Positions 26,573 to 40,942 of a stretch of DNA of 64,000 nt are shown here, piece by piece. The translations under genes were made by a program, and so were the position numbers. Source of the stretch: Octopus vulgaris. Its lineage: Eukaryota. A model generated the notes under the pieces. That model did no database searches and was not told the DNA's origin. It saw only the letters and a list, made by a program, of their open reading frames with translations. The DNA is taken from contig OX597817.1 in assembly GCA_951406725.2 (NCBI GenBank), positions 7,068,001-7,132,000 of the forward strand, in the 5' to 3' direction. The first letter of the stretch is position 1, and each line of letters starts with the position of its first letter.

Positions 26573-28345
26573 AATAGATATATATTCCAATATTTTAAGT
26601 TTTATTTTTCCATTTTCTTGTTTGCATATGTGTGTGTGTGTGTGTGTTCATACATACACACATACGTACGTACGTATGAACACACATCTATAATCATTAT
26701 TATTGTTATTATTCTTCTTATGAACATTCTTCTTATTATTATTGTGTTCGTCTCGTCATTATCATCATCATCATCGTAATCATCTTTGTAATATTAGTAT
26801 ATACATAATTATTTCAAATGTAACTGGCTATAAATAAACGACGAAATACTGTAATAGAAAGACTTAGCAATATCCGCGCTACTTTTTCGTATATTGTATC
26901 TTATATTCCATTTCAATGCATTCAATAAAATTTCAGCATTATGTCGAAGTATTATTAACATGCCAGTATATAGTTTGAAAGATGACAAACCATATAACAT
27001 TCAATAAAATTTTGAATTCGACACTAAATTTCTTTTTTTTTTTTTCTGTTTTGGCTCTGAAAGAGATACAAAACATAAGTTGCAATGCATCTGGGTTAAT
27101 AGATGAAATTATATTTCTGGAAGCGTCGACTGGAAAGCCTGAAATTTAATGTTTTTCTCTCTCATATGGTTTAATAGATACTGAAACGTTTATGTTTTCC
27201 CAGGAGCAAAAACAGAATATAAAATAAAGTGAAATAACCACAAAGAGTTATTGAATTCATGTTTCGATTCAAATGTACTTTTCTCGTCTTCAGCTCTTCT
27301 TCTATAAGCTGTCAGTTTCGTTTATGGAACAAACTGCAATCGATCCTCACTCGCGAGTGAATATGGCTTGATATCATATACCACGTAGTCGCTACTTGCT
27401 TAGGTACCAATATAGTTATACGGAAACATAGACATCGGCACTGTCGTCCTTAAGTTGGTGGAAAAGGCTGAAGGTGACAGCTTGAAGGAGTAATGTCTAC
27501 GTCGGCATCCGGCTATTATTTTAAACAGCAACGTCTGAGAGTTGCCATTCGGTCCACGAACTGAAACCCCGATGTGACACACATTAACCAAACACAAAAC
27601 TACATTCCTTCTCAAAACACATACAAAGTATATTACATGATACTTTTATTGTGTTTTTTGTTTGTTTTGTTAATTTTTATTTTAGTCGATAAGCGCCGAT
27701 TTAGTTTGCGTTTCGTTTAAAAGCATTTCAACCGTGACAGAACTATTTCTCTGGCACCAGTATCTATAACTACATCATCCAAAATGCTTCCTTCCTTATT
27801 TATGATTGTAGTGTATAATTCGATGGAGATTTAGCAGCTACCCGCTTAAAAGAAGTCATATTGTTCATGCATTTCTAAAGAACACGAACGGTTTTAGTGA
27901 AATGACTACAGAACTTCAACGGCTTCAGTGAAATGACGTGATTTGATCCATACAAACGAAATTGCGTTCAAGACATGCTTTGTAGACAGATCAAAACTCC
28001 TACTTTTAGGGATTTCGTCAGCTAGTTATATAAGAAAATTTATTGCTTTGAAACCTGGACAGACGTACACATTTACGACTCGCTATTTGTTGCAAAAACA
28101 AAAACAAAAAAACAGATTTACATATATTGGATGAAAACCTACGACCTGGAATCGAAACTATATGCTTGTTGTCATATACAATAAAACACTTACATATAGT
28201 TGAGTTAAATTATGCTTTAATTCTCCACTTCAGTTATATGCTCTTTCTCTGGATAGTTTGCTTTCTAATCAAGTAGTTTTTTATACACTTATATACGCAC
28301 ACACACACAGAAGCATACACACAGACACACACACATACCCCCCCC

Positions 28346-28379
<34 letters not shown>

Positions 28380-29741
28380 TGTGTTTACCCATAGACGCAT
28401 CGCAATTCGTTGAGAAACGTCCACTTGTTTATTGTTAAGAATTTCGTACATCACATGATATACGGATATACATGAGGTTTTCACGTTTAATTCACCTTTT
28501 ATTTGTTACTCTGCGAATCATATTTATCTTCAACAAATTCTTTATACAAATCTTCTTTCTGCCATAGAAACATTTCATTTTTATGAGAACTTATCCTTCT
28601 TTATTTTGTATTCGGTGAAATCACAGTTGTTATCTCATTGTCCTCTCTTCTCCCTTTATTTGAACGCTAGTTGCAATTAACAATCAACGAAAGAAAAACC
28701 GTCAGCGGATAAGGATTGAAGGGCCGTGCAGTTCAATAGTATGTCTTCCGCAAATAACACACAGCAAATGCAATTTAGTTAATACAATAAGTTGAAGCAG
28801 AATAAAATTGCTGCAACACTACAACAACAGAGCTAACTGCATAAAATCAGTCGATAAATCCAATTTTGAATTGAGAGAGAAAAAAGCAGAAAATAATGTA
28901 ATATCTATGTTTTGGATTGAGATTCTATGTAGAAATCCAATTATTAGCCGAAGAAGAAAGTTTTAAAAACAAGAAGTAGTGGATTATCAATGAGTTAAGT
29001 AAGTAAATCCTTGGCAAAAATGATCTGATAGAAGAGAAAAGAAATCCTTATATTCATACCATAATCCTTACTACTTAATTTGAAATATTCGCCTATGCGT
29101 ACGCTATAACATGGTACAGTAAAAATAATATACCCATGGCACAGGATTTTTCTTTGTGAAGTCAATGTACAATAGATCATTGACCTCTGATTATTAAGTT
29201 CAGCTATCAGAGATACCCAGCACAAGTAACTGGGGTGGCAGGACAAAACTATCTGAAGCGATTACAGATTTATGAGCACACTCAAACATGCTAACTAACC
29301 AAATGTTTATTGATTATAAATTCGCTGCCTGCTCTTTGCAAAGCAGAGTTGTACCTGCACTTCATACATAATCTTAGTTTGCACCTAAATAGATTAAACA
29401 GGAAACAGTTAATATTTTGGCATTGGAATCGTCATTGGGTTAGCTCTGGAATATGCATCGTTCTCCTTTATTCCACGAGTTCAAAATTCATCCAGTTGGG
29501 TGTTTTTCCAACTCTACAAAATTAATAATACTCTTTTGATTTTTTTTGTTTTTGTTTGTTCGTTTGTTGGCTTGTTTTTTTTCTTTCACGTCCAGTAAAT
29601 TCTGTGTTTATTGTCATATTTTAAACTATAGATTGTATTTCTGCCCAAGTTGAAGCCATGATTTGGGAGGTGATATGTTAACCATGTCATATGACTGTAC
29701 TCGCTATAAGAGTTTGTTTGTACATATATATATATATATAT

Positions 29742-30149
29742 ATCACTTTGATCACTTTGACCGACCAGTCCGACAGGCGTCCATTTGACACCGCTGGTCA
29801 CAGCACGCTGTCCACTCCTCTCTGGATCGCGCCTTTCTCATCCACGTGATCCAATCGTCCTCCTGAAATCGTAATTCCACCGTCGTGGAGGTCTTCCGGG
29901 TAGTCTTTTCCGCTCACGCGGGTACCAGTCGACAATTGCGTGCGTCCACCGATTATCGGTGAGCCGGGCGACGTGTCCAGCCCATCTATACTTGCTGCGT
30001 GTATACTCTGCGATGACATCTCTCACGCCGGACTTCTTTCTGATGATGTTGCTATTTATGTGCTCTCTCAACGAGATACCAAGCATTGACCTTTCCATGG
30101 CTCTTTGAGCCGTTACCAGTCTTTGCTGTTCTCCCTTTGTGGTAGCCCA
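29742..30149 (-). mobile_element. 5'-truncated RTE-clade LINE inserted in (TA)n
   Basis: ORF 29838-30176 gives AQRAMERSMLGISLREH...KYRWAGHVARLTDNRWT...WYPRERKRLPGRPPRRW (RTE ORF C-terminus); 3' tail (caaagtgat)2; (TA)n on both sides. Confidence 0.9.
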
Positions 30150-30844
30150 TATAAATATATATATATATATACACACACAATATGGGTGGGTGGCTAATTT
30201 GAAACTTTACAACCTAAAGGCAGAAATAAATACTTCACTAAAGTGAACAATGACAGTAATCGAATTGAATTGAATAATCAGCATTGGTATTACTAGAAAT
30301 AAATGTCAAAACAACTTAATAACCACAAAAGCACTATCTTAATGAGTTGACAAGGGAGAGAAACTCACTACGCTCGCAAATGATTTCGCATTTTGATACT
30401 TAACGCAGCTTAACGTTCATCAGTGCCCCTCACCGCCCCTAAGGTTAAACTCGTCTCGCCTTCCCAGCTTATGATTTCCTTCCCCAAAATTTCGGGCCTT
30501 GTGCCTAAAGTAGAAGAGATTTTGTTAAATCAGCCATAAATTTATGTATATATATATTATAAGTAATTATTTGGATTTTGGGTGTATATCTATTAGCATG
30601 CCGATTAAACCACATTCACCGTTTGGGCTACCTGATGTCATTCACAGTTACACCAAACACCTGAGGTGACGCAGACTGCGCTGATTAGTGCAACACAGCT
30701 TGATGCAGAGAACGCAAGAGGGACAGCTGCAGGATTGGTCGAAACGATGGTTGGGTTTGATAAAGATTCGTACCAAATCCGTTTTCCGTTCCCATCATCA
30801 ATTATGTGTGTGAGTGTGTGTTTGTGTGTGCGTTCGTGTGTGTG

Positions 30845-30883
<39 letters not shown>

Positions 30884-31170
30884 TGTGTGAAGCTGGTCGA
30901 GGGGCAGAGTAGCTAGAGCGTCGAGTACAATGCATTGCGATCCTTATCCTGACTGCTTGTGCTCTAAATTCGACCTCCGCTATGATCGGTGTTGCTTATC
31001 AAAGGAGATTGCAAGCACAGTGCTTGTGAAGTTGTATCTCCCTCGAATTCTCACAAAGTTGAATGTCTGGTTGTGTCAGTGTCTCACAACTCTATGATGA
31101 CTAAATCTATTAGCGAATACGTGGTACAAGCAACTGATTCATTCTCTATTGCGATTGGTGGTCATATTTA

Positions 31171-31207
<37 letters not shown>

Positions 31208-32029
31208 ACACACACATGCACACATTGAAGTGTGATATTACATTAGCTATATCTACAGCATCTGTTTGAAGTCTTGATAAAGGTTATGAACGTATTTACA
31301 CTTTCTGGGACTAAATTATTAGAAACATTGCCATATAAACAAAACATGATGAATTAATAAATAGTCAAGAAATATATATCGCAGTAAACAGGCATAAAAT
31401 ACAATAACAGACGAAACGAGCTCGGGGCCCACCCGAAATCGTGTTAGACCAATAGGAGAATGATGGAGTGTTCATTGTTGCTTGTTAGTTAACAGATCTT
31501 AGTGAACAGAAATATATTCAAAACTATTCTTGCGGTGAGCATACAGTTTCCACCCCCACCCCTTAAGTACTCTTCATACAGAAACATTTTATCTAGTGTG
31601 TCTGTTTATAAGATGCTAGTATGTGGCTTGACAGAGATTTGGCGAATACCTCTAGCAAGTGAGTTGTGTCTGCCTGGGTGACTCAGTTCGTAGAAGTAAC
31701 TACTTCGTCTCTACTGACGCAGTTACAATACAGATTTGCACATATTGTATTTATGACGATAATGTACTTGTGAAAAGGTTAAACATCACACCTTTACATT
31801 TTCGCACATCGCTAATGTATAAACACTTTTTTGGCTTAACGAGAGTTGACAATGGAATTTATATGATACAGAAAGGAGAAACAGTGACGTTTAAGTATTG
31901 ATCAATGCTTAAGAACATATGAGAAATGAAGCGAAATAAGTTTATCTAGAAATCAAAGTCATAATTTCAAGCATCAGCTCAATAGTATAAGTGAAGCAGC
32001 GACGTACAATCAATCATTTTGGTCTCATG

Positions 32030-33663
32030 TACTACTGGTACTTATTCTAGTAGCCTTGGAAAGATGAAAGAGTTGTTATAGGCAGGATAATATGAATGTC
32101 TAAAGTAGGCACAAGGTCAGATATCTAGGGGAAGGGAACATTCATTTAAAGCGACCCTGGTGGGGAACCCGGAAGAGTAAAAGACATAGTTTCACCTCGA
32201 CAGGGTTTAACCTCAGGATGTGAAGATATGAAGAGCTGACTTAAGTACTGTACAATATTTCACCCAAGAGCTAGAGAGTTTGGCAATCGAACGCTCTGCA
32301 AAATGGAGTTTTGTAATTAATAATAATTAGAATATTTTTAAAGTTATGCAGACGATAAGAAATTAAGGGTTTAGTGAATTATATCCATTGCAGTATTACG
32401 GATATACTATTCCTTTAATCTTTCACAACGCTGACCAAAATAGAATATGGCATTCATAGGACTTAATCGATCCTCGAATGTAGTTGGTGTAAAATTCTCT
32501 CGATCAAGGCGATAGAATTGAATTCTGAAATTAAAAAGAAGTGAACAAATATAACAAGGGATATGTTCGATGTTTTACTGATACTGACTGATTAGTTTCA
32601 CAGCAAACATAAGCTATATACATCTTGATGGCACCTAAACCTAAAATGAAAATGGATTTTGGTCGGTTAGATTTAACGAGTACAAGCATTCAGTGTGTTA
32701 TTTGAAACTACCTACACATTATATTTAATTATTTGTTTATGAAGCGTTTATTCAGAAGGTAACTAAATGCTAAATACTCCAAGCAAATTTTATCTGGCAG
32801 TCTACAAATCCTGCGATTTTGTTATTGCCATAATAAAAGTTTCTTACGTAGCTACAAGGCTAGAAACTTGAGCGACAACCTGAGTCGATTACATAAACCA
32901 ATAACGTTTCTAATATTTTATTTTAATGTCCACGGAAGACGAAATGACCCAATAAACTGGGATGAAATGTGAACTGAGTTGATAAATAGTTGCAACGGGA
33001 TCTTATAAAACATTTATATTACACATAAACATTTAGAGCGATCCACAGATGCAAGCGGATTTAGACAGGGAAGAGGTAGTTGATAAATAGAAGTACTTGA
33101 ATGGTACTTTATTTTACCAACCCCGGGCAAATAAAAGGCTAGTTTTTCCCCGGAAGATTTGGAATGGTAAGAAGCCTGAACAAATAACGAAAAACGGTTT
33201 TTTATCACTTTTTAAATTCCCATAATAATTCTTATTATAGACATAAGGATTACAATTTTAGAGGAGGGAGCAAGCCAATTACATCAAGCCTAATACTTGA
33301 CTAGTGCTATATTTTATCGACCCCGAAATGATGAACGGCAAATGGTTCTCTGGGACATTTCAGCTTCGAACATAAAAACGGACAAAATGTCGCTCAGTAT
33401 TTTGTGCGGTGTGCTAACGGTCTTGCCAGCTCGTCACGGAATAAGAATAATTAATGATAATTAAAACGGTATCAAATTTTGGCACGAGGCCAGCATTTTC
33501 GTGCGGAAAGTTGACCCCAGTGCTTAACTGGTACTTATTTTATTGTCTCCTAAAGGATGAAACGCAGACTTGACCTCGGTGAAATTTGAACTCAGATCGT
33601 AAAGACGGACGAAATGCGCTAAGCATTTTGTCCAGCATGCTGATGATTCGGCCAGCTCGCCGC

Positions 33664-33665
<2 letters not shown>
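32030..33665 (-). mobile_element. Cluster of at least four head-to-tail degenerate SINE family 2 copies
   Basis: Repeated ctggtacttatttt..gacccc..gatgaa...atttgaactcag...gccagctcgccgc units near 32030, 32860, 33100, 33240 and 33475; the last is the best preserved. Confidence 0.7.

Positions 33666-33728
<63 letters not shown>
33666..33728. repeat. (AAT)n microsatellite
   Basis: Directly visible. Confidence 0.95.
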
Positions 33729-33729
<1 letters not shown>

Positions 33730-33898
33730 TATTTTAAATGATGATGTTGGAGATTAATAAGGGTTAGGTTGAAAGCATAGGCGTCTTAGCTTTTTCTATA
33801 AATTTCATCAATGGGAGATACATTCTCTCGTATAGTGACCAATGCTATATACATACAAGTACGCAGATACGTACATGCGTGTGTGTGTGTGTAAATGT

Positions 33899-33937
<39 letters not shown>

Positions 33938-34258
33938 GCAATTATAGTGCTACATATACCTAGTGGCATTCAAAGAGAAGCAAAAGTCATTCAGTTCTAA
34001 ATGTCAGTTCTGTCTACCCGTGCACTTGGCTTTAAAATACGCGTTTTGCTTTCAACCCTGGAATAATCTCAGGAAAACGTTAGTGTGTGTGTATGTGTGT
34101 GTGTGTATTTTGTGTGTGTGTGTGTGTGTTGTGTGTGTGTGTGCGTGTGCGCGTGTGTGTCCGTGTGCGAGTGTGTGTGTGTCCTTGTATTATATCGTGA
34201 CTAAACATATGCGAAAACCTCTGAGTAATGATTATGTGCATTACCAGTCTCGAAATTA

Positions 34259-34259
34259 A

Positions 34260-34327
<68 letters not shown>

Positions 34328-34362
34328 CGACGACGACGACGACGACGATGATGATGATGATG
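34259..34362. repeat. (GAT)n(GAC)n microsatellite
   Basis: Directly visible; source of the poly-M and poly-I ORFs. Confidence 0.95.
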
Positions 34363-36933
34363 CACATTAACACGCTAACATACTTACACATATGCACACA
34401 AACACACAGACACACATACATGTGTGTAAGATTTCTCTGTCCTGTCTGTGATTTAATTTAGGATATCGCCCTTTATGCATATCAGCAGAAATATCCATAA
34501 ACCAATCTATATTCAATCATTCGTTTTTTTTATGAAGAACAATAGGATGAGTGGAATGGAAGCTGATGAAGCTGATGGATAACAGCATTCGCATATATTA
34601 ATATGCACTAACATACATTGTACATATATATGCACAGAGGTAGACATACACTCATATATATAGACACACACACACATATTGAAACATAAACACAGATACC
34701 CATATATAAATATATTTGTGTCGAGTATGTGTATGCGTGTGTGTGTGAGCGTACATGTGCGTGTGTGATTAAAAGTTGTAGCTTCTTAAATTGTAACTGA
34801 GTTTCATGTTGACGAATAGACAACCGGTTAAACTAGGGAAGTATTACGTGTATATTTAAGCAATAATATTCACAAACACATCGAATTGTTAGTGATCGCG
34901 ATTTGATTGGTTTACCGAAAAATCCCAAGAAAATATACCACATATTCCGTTAATCTCAAATAAAATTACTTCATATTGCCATGTCTTCATCAGCATATAA
35001 TCTATTTTATTCACAACACAACCAGAATTTATTTCACTTCATTTGTATTAAATATTTATCATACACAATCGCTAATGACGGCTATTGTTCGTGAAGCTTT
35101 ATTGCTTATGGATTTAAGAACGTTTGCTTGTTTTTTCCCGAGGTGTATGTTGTTCTTGCGAATAACGAATCTATTATAGAGCATTACATAGATAGATAGT
35201 AGTTGGAAAGTCCTCACTAATTATCTATGGTAACGCATATTAGATTTGAACAATTTTGCCGTTTATTCAAGAAATCGTTATTTCGAAGTAAATTATGGTC
35301 AGGTTAAGGTCCTAGTAAATGCTCCACTTATTCAGACCTTATGAGAAATTACAGTATATTAATATGTTTCCTAGTATTCCTCAGTAATCTAAAAAGGGCT
35401 TTTAATAAAAATGGCAAGCACATATCGATTATATATCTATGTCTGTCTTTGTTACATTAAAACATGAGAGGACTAATTTTAAAGTTGGAATACTGTAAAA
35501 AACAAAAAAAGCAGAACAATAGTATCAATAAATTCAAAACCGAGAAAAGAAGCCTAAATGTTCGTCCCACTGTTACCTGTATCTACATCCCTGAAACCTA
35601 TGATAAATATATTCCCAGTAAACTATACATATCATCGTATCAGAAACCCTTTAACGGAAATAACGTTAAAGTGAACTACAGCTGTATCTAGAACTTCGCT
35701 GCTTCCATGGGAAGAAAGTAGGAGAATCTTACTACTACGAATTCGCAAAACAGTTCTCTGTATAATTGCTACAAACGTAATAGCTAAACATTTATCACTA
35801 TGATTTAATGCTTTGCTATGTTTGAGCCAAGTTAACAGCGCTAAAACAGCGTAAAAATAACTTATGTAGGTCTTTTTCAAAAGCACTCAAAATTATTTCT
35901 CATAATATATAAATATATTCAGAGTGTGAGAAAGTTACTGCATTTCCCCACACTCCGGATTTATTTATAGACTAAAGGATAACATCAAAAATATGTATAA
36001 TCGATTTGTCCATTACATCCTCTACATGAATACTGCTAGAATATTTAAGTGAAGAATTTCAATATACTGTTCATTTTCTAAGATTGGAAATGGTGAATTT
36101 TTGTAGTTATTTCGATCAGTATTTTTCGAGAAATTTTCAAAAGAGAAATAGCTAAATTGTTAGATTTCCCAAACAGGATTTAAGATACCTCAAATTCTAT
36201 AGAAATCGTTTCTGAATTTTCATGAATTGGGTACTTTTCCACGTTTGTAAACACATGCATCGACCAATTCAGGTATGACTATAAATGCATAAATGCGTTA
36301 TGTGTGTACAATAAGAGGTATGAATGCAAGATACCGTAAAAGGTATTCACATATTGGTCCAGTGGCGGATGAGATCGTAGAATAGGAATGATCGCGAAAT
36401 AACCGAATTGTTCACATGCGTTTACTTCCATCTAGAGTTTAGATATACTGTGTTTTCAAGCAATTCTTTAAAGGGAATTACCATGGGCGAGCTGCAAAAC
36501 TACCTTGGACGAGCTGCAAAACTATCATTGAACTGTTACTCAGATTCTCACGTTCCCGTTCCCTGGACAGTTGTGATAAATACTGAATTAAAATTTATTA
36601 CAACTGTCCGACGGACAGAAATGTGAAACTCTAAGTAACAGTTCTGTGATAATTTTGCAGTTTAATAAAAGGTATTATTCTACCGTTTGTATTCGAGTAC
36701 TATTTTTTACACCTTGCTTTGCACGTATGTGCTCACCTGTTTATGTATTTGGGGATGGTCATGTTGCCAATTTAGCCAATAAAAACACACGCACTATATA
36801 TTTGGTGTTAATTTGCTTCAGCCTTTATCTTTTACTTTAATCGTATTTCGGCAGAATGACCATCCCTAAATACAACAATATGTGTTTCAATACACGATTT
36901 CAGATCAAGAATCTTGCAAAACAAATATATAAA

Positions 36934-36978
<45 letters not shown>

Positions 36979-37611
36979 GCACACACACGTGAGTGTGAGT
37001 GTGAATGCGCACGCACGCACACACACTTACACACGCAGATGGATAGATATTTACATGCATCCATACATACCTACATACATGCATACATACATACATATAG
37101 TAATTATGCTTTATTTTCAGTGAGCACAGCAATGCTAGGTTTACTATAATCACGCTTTTTACAAACAGTTCATCAGAGACAGTCAACAGATGCAGATATG
37201 TCTACACATAAAGGTATATTGTGTGTACGTGCGTGGGGATGTGGGTGTCTGTTTGTGCATGTGTGTGTGTGTGTGTGTGTACTACAGGGAGTGGGGAGGA
37301 AAGGTAACAATGGTCTACTTTTCAATCTCTCTCTAACCCTGACCCGATTGCTTAACATGTTTGTTATTAATAAATGTTATTCGTATTTTATTTTTATATT
37401 CATTTTCTAACACGAGGTCAAGCAGTTAGGTATTGTCTTGATTAAACCTATCAGCTTCGAAGAATTGTCTTCAAAATGTTTGCAGATTTGTAGACTTGCA
37501 GATTGCCTAACATTTGTCAAGATGAATCTGGTGCAAAGCAGTTGATATGCTTCCGTAAAACATTTAAATAGTCATATGCTATGGATCGGAAAATAAAACA
37601 AATTTGCGTTC

Positions 37612-37729
<118 letters not shown>

Positions 37730-37752
37730 CTAATGTTCTAATGCCTATTTAG

Positions 37753-37886
<134 letters not shown>

Positions 37887-37923
37887 GTGTATATATATAT
37901 ATTATATATGTATATATATATAA

Positions 37924-37956
<33 letters not shown>

Positions 37957-37962
<6 letters not shown>

Positions 37963-38213
37963 AATAGAAAGATATAATCTTGTAGTAGATTAATCAAAAG
38001 TTTAACCGATACCTTAGTAGCAAAAATATACGGTTGGAGGTACAACCATATGAACCGTGCGTTGGTGCGGATATTGAAATTAGAACATTATTGGTGAATT
38101 GAAGAAATGGAGCTGAACGCAGATTGAACAGAAATCGTTTTATTTCATTCTACACGTTTTCGAAAGGCACAAATTACAAAATCCGATGGAATAATGGGAC
38201 CATATTGTGTCTT

Positions 38214-38217
<4 letters not shown>
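37957..38217 (-). mobile_element. (TA)n-embedded cassette with a 5'-truncated hammerhead (sister of 9601-9885)
   Basis: Minus strand reads GA-gaaagacacaa...ttgtgcctttc (stem II)-GAAA-ACGT-GTA-gaatg; C15.2 is missing and the CUGAN part of the core is replaced by (TA)n. Confidence 0.65.
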
Positions 38218-38289
<72 letters not shown>

Positions 38290-38290
<1 letters not shown>

Positions 38291-39320
38291 CCACAGTCCC
38301 AACATATTCTTTTGCCTGAATCATTCCTCTACCTCCTTCAATCCTCTGGTAAAACTCTACCTTTTTACCGTGTACGTATTAATGCCAGCTTCTGCTACTT
38401 GGATATTCTTGAAGTTTCTCTATTTCATATTATTTCTTATTGTTTAGGCTGCTAGTAAGAGAAGCCTCTTTCCACAAAAAGCGAAAGTTATCCATCACTT
38501 CTTTTTCTTCCGGTACCAAGCAATCTTCAAAGTTGATGCTTTTAAATCCAATCTTGATCTTAAGATGAGTTTCTCGAGTGTTTGAAGGATTCACGTACCA
38601 TCAGTAGTTGTTGATATTGTTACAGTCAGGTCATCTATGCAGGCTCTTATTGGTTGCTTTTGCATACAGGATTGTGTCTGAGGCCATTGAAACTTGACTT
38701 CTGCTGACTTGATTACCATAATGTTGCGCTGAGTTATAGTAACTTTTTAAGATTTATGCCAATCTGATCCTGTGAACCCTGCTGTAACTCTCATCTGACT
38801 GCAACAATAATTCAGAATGAGATCGTTGCTCTTTCTGGGGGCACGGTATCATTAAGGGCCTCCTCTACTAGTTTTTGTGCCATAGACTGATATGAGGTCC
38901 AAATCACAGAACTACCAGATTTTCTTTACCTTCCCTCACTTCTCTCAAGAACCGCATAACTCTATGTTCTAATCATCCTGGTTCTCCACCTTTCTGTACC
39001 AATGTACAAAGGGTGGAACGTTGTTTGCCGACGGAATAGAATACTGAAATATATCTTTCCTGTAATGTTTTGTGGTGGAGTTTTTCTGAACTGATTGTGC
39101 CCCTTCATATTCTCTTTGTTAATGATCCAAAGCCTCTCCGTATACCTCCACTAGTTGGCAACACTTCCTCTCTGCTAGATCATTTAGAGAATCTTCCATA
39201 GTTGTTTGAGGAAATTTTGACATTGTGCCCTGGAACAACGACTGGTCGTGCTGCAATTATAACCTGCTGAACTCCAGCTTGGTTTTCTTATGTCAGTGAT
39301 TGTGGGAAACTCGGCACAAA
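38290..39320 (-). pseudogene. Decayed RLE-type non-LTR retrotransposon reverse transcriptase (HERO/R2-R4-like)
   Basis: Minus-strand motifs include FLKQLWKIL, VQKGGEPG*LEH, EVREGKENLVVL, QKLVEEAL and QPIRACIDDLTVT (the FMDD-type catalytic motif position), with many stops and frameshifts; 38290-38460 (IEGGRGMI) may belong to a second element. Confidence 0.75.
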
Positions 39321-39325
39321 TATAT

Positions 39326-39367
<42 letters not shown>

Positions 39368-39370
<3 letters not shown>

Positions 39371-39764
39371 TTATATATAAAAGTCAAGTTGTGTGTCTGT
39401 CTCCTACGATTTAGATTCCTAACTACTCCCACATTTTGCGGTGCAGCTTAACCAAAACCGGGTATCTTATAGTCGTGATTCATATCGAGCCCTTCTGGGT
39501 ATTAGCGCGCGTCTACGATGAGTCTACGATTTTTAAAATAATTTACCATTATTCTTTTCCATTTTAATGCATTGTTCGCTATTATATAAGGGAAGTAACT
39601 CTCTAAAAATGTTTACGATGAGTCAACGATTTAAAAAAAATTTACCATCGTTTTTTTTCCCATTTTTAATGCATTTTTTTGCTATTTTTTGGCTATAACT
39701 CTCTAAAAATGCTTATATAGTTATTTCCCTTACAAACCCGAGCAACGCCGGGCGATACTGCTAG
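39368..39764 (+). mobile_element. Non-autonomous Helitron
   Basis: A|TC start, subterminal hairpin cccgagcaacgccggg, CTAG|T end; homologous to 58470-58862; internal ~100-bp duplication. Confidence 0.85.
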
Positions 39765-40677
39765 TATATATATATATCATAAATTACGTAACATCACTCA
39801 TTCTTATATCTTATTGCCGTATTCTTTGTATATGTTCAGCATTGCTCTATTTCTTATTTTCTTGTTTGTTTTTTTATTTGCTTTTCGTTTTTTTATTTGA
39901 GTTTGTTTTCTGTTTTTCTTTTATTCCATTCAAGATTGACATTTATCAAGGGTAGGTTACAACGTTCTACGTGTTCTAAACAAAAAAAGAAAAAGCGAAA
40001 ACTTTAAAGCTGAGAAGTACGACCAGAAAATTAATAACTGCTTTCTGTTAACATTCGAACAATACGCCATATTGTGTTTTATTTACTTTCACGCGTCAAA
40101 TCTGAGGCGAGCATTTAAGAAGCATTTTTGCCGCCAAAGACACACGGAACGATAACTAAATGCTATGTTCAATGACCCACTTACATGCTTTCGGTTTCAT
40201 GTGCTGAATAATTACGTGAACCAGCAAATTTCCAAAAGATGAAAAGTATAGGGAATCTCACCTTCGTATTTTTTCAGATATATACATATTATGAATATAT
40301 TTTTTACCAGTAATATGCTTTAAAATACCTGCAAAAATCTATTATGCTATACACGTAAGCGTATAGAATGATTTCTTTCGTAGTTCCTTTTTCATATATC
40401 TCTTATAATTCGTAGTTTGCTCATTATAGGCTTCCTGAATACAACATGTGTGTTTGTTGGTCTCATTTGCCTTCTCTATAGATTCGAAAAATACAAAAAT
40501 ACATTACTTCTCTAATCAAGTCGTACTCTCTAATAACACCCACACGTGCACACACAGGTACATGCACACACACCCATACTGCATATGGTGGATCTCTTTC
40601 TATCGACATGTACTATTCATTTGTTTATATACAACTAAGTTACCTGCTCCTGAATCAGAGTGCTATATGAATGTACA

Positions 40678-40942
40678 CAAGGCGGTGAGCTGGCAGAAAC
40701 GTTAGCACGCCGGGCGAAATGCGAGCCGTATTTCGTCTGCCGTTACGTTCTGAGTTCAAATTCCGTCGAGGTCAACTTTGCCTTTCATCCTTTCGGGGTC
40801 GATAAACTAAGTACCAGTTACGCACTGGGGTAGATAAATTAAGTACCAGTTACGCACTGGAGTCGATGTAATCGACTTAATTCGTTTGTCTGTCCTTGTT
40901 TGTCCCCTCTATGTTTAGCCCCTTGTGGGTAATAAAGAAACA
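40678..40942 (+). mobile_element. Full-length tRNA-derived SINE family 2 (Meta/MESC-type core) with 14-bp TSD
   Basis: Head ggcggtgagctggcagaa, B box gagttcaaattcc and core gcctttcatcctttcggggtcgataaa.taagtaccag; TSD tatatgaatgtaca at 40664-40677 and 40943-40956; 32-bp internal duplication at 40801-40864. Confidence 0.92.

Noticed and set aside
27400-27615. GC-richer 71-aa minus-strand ORF
   Set aside because: No recognisable domain.
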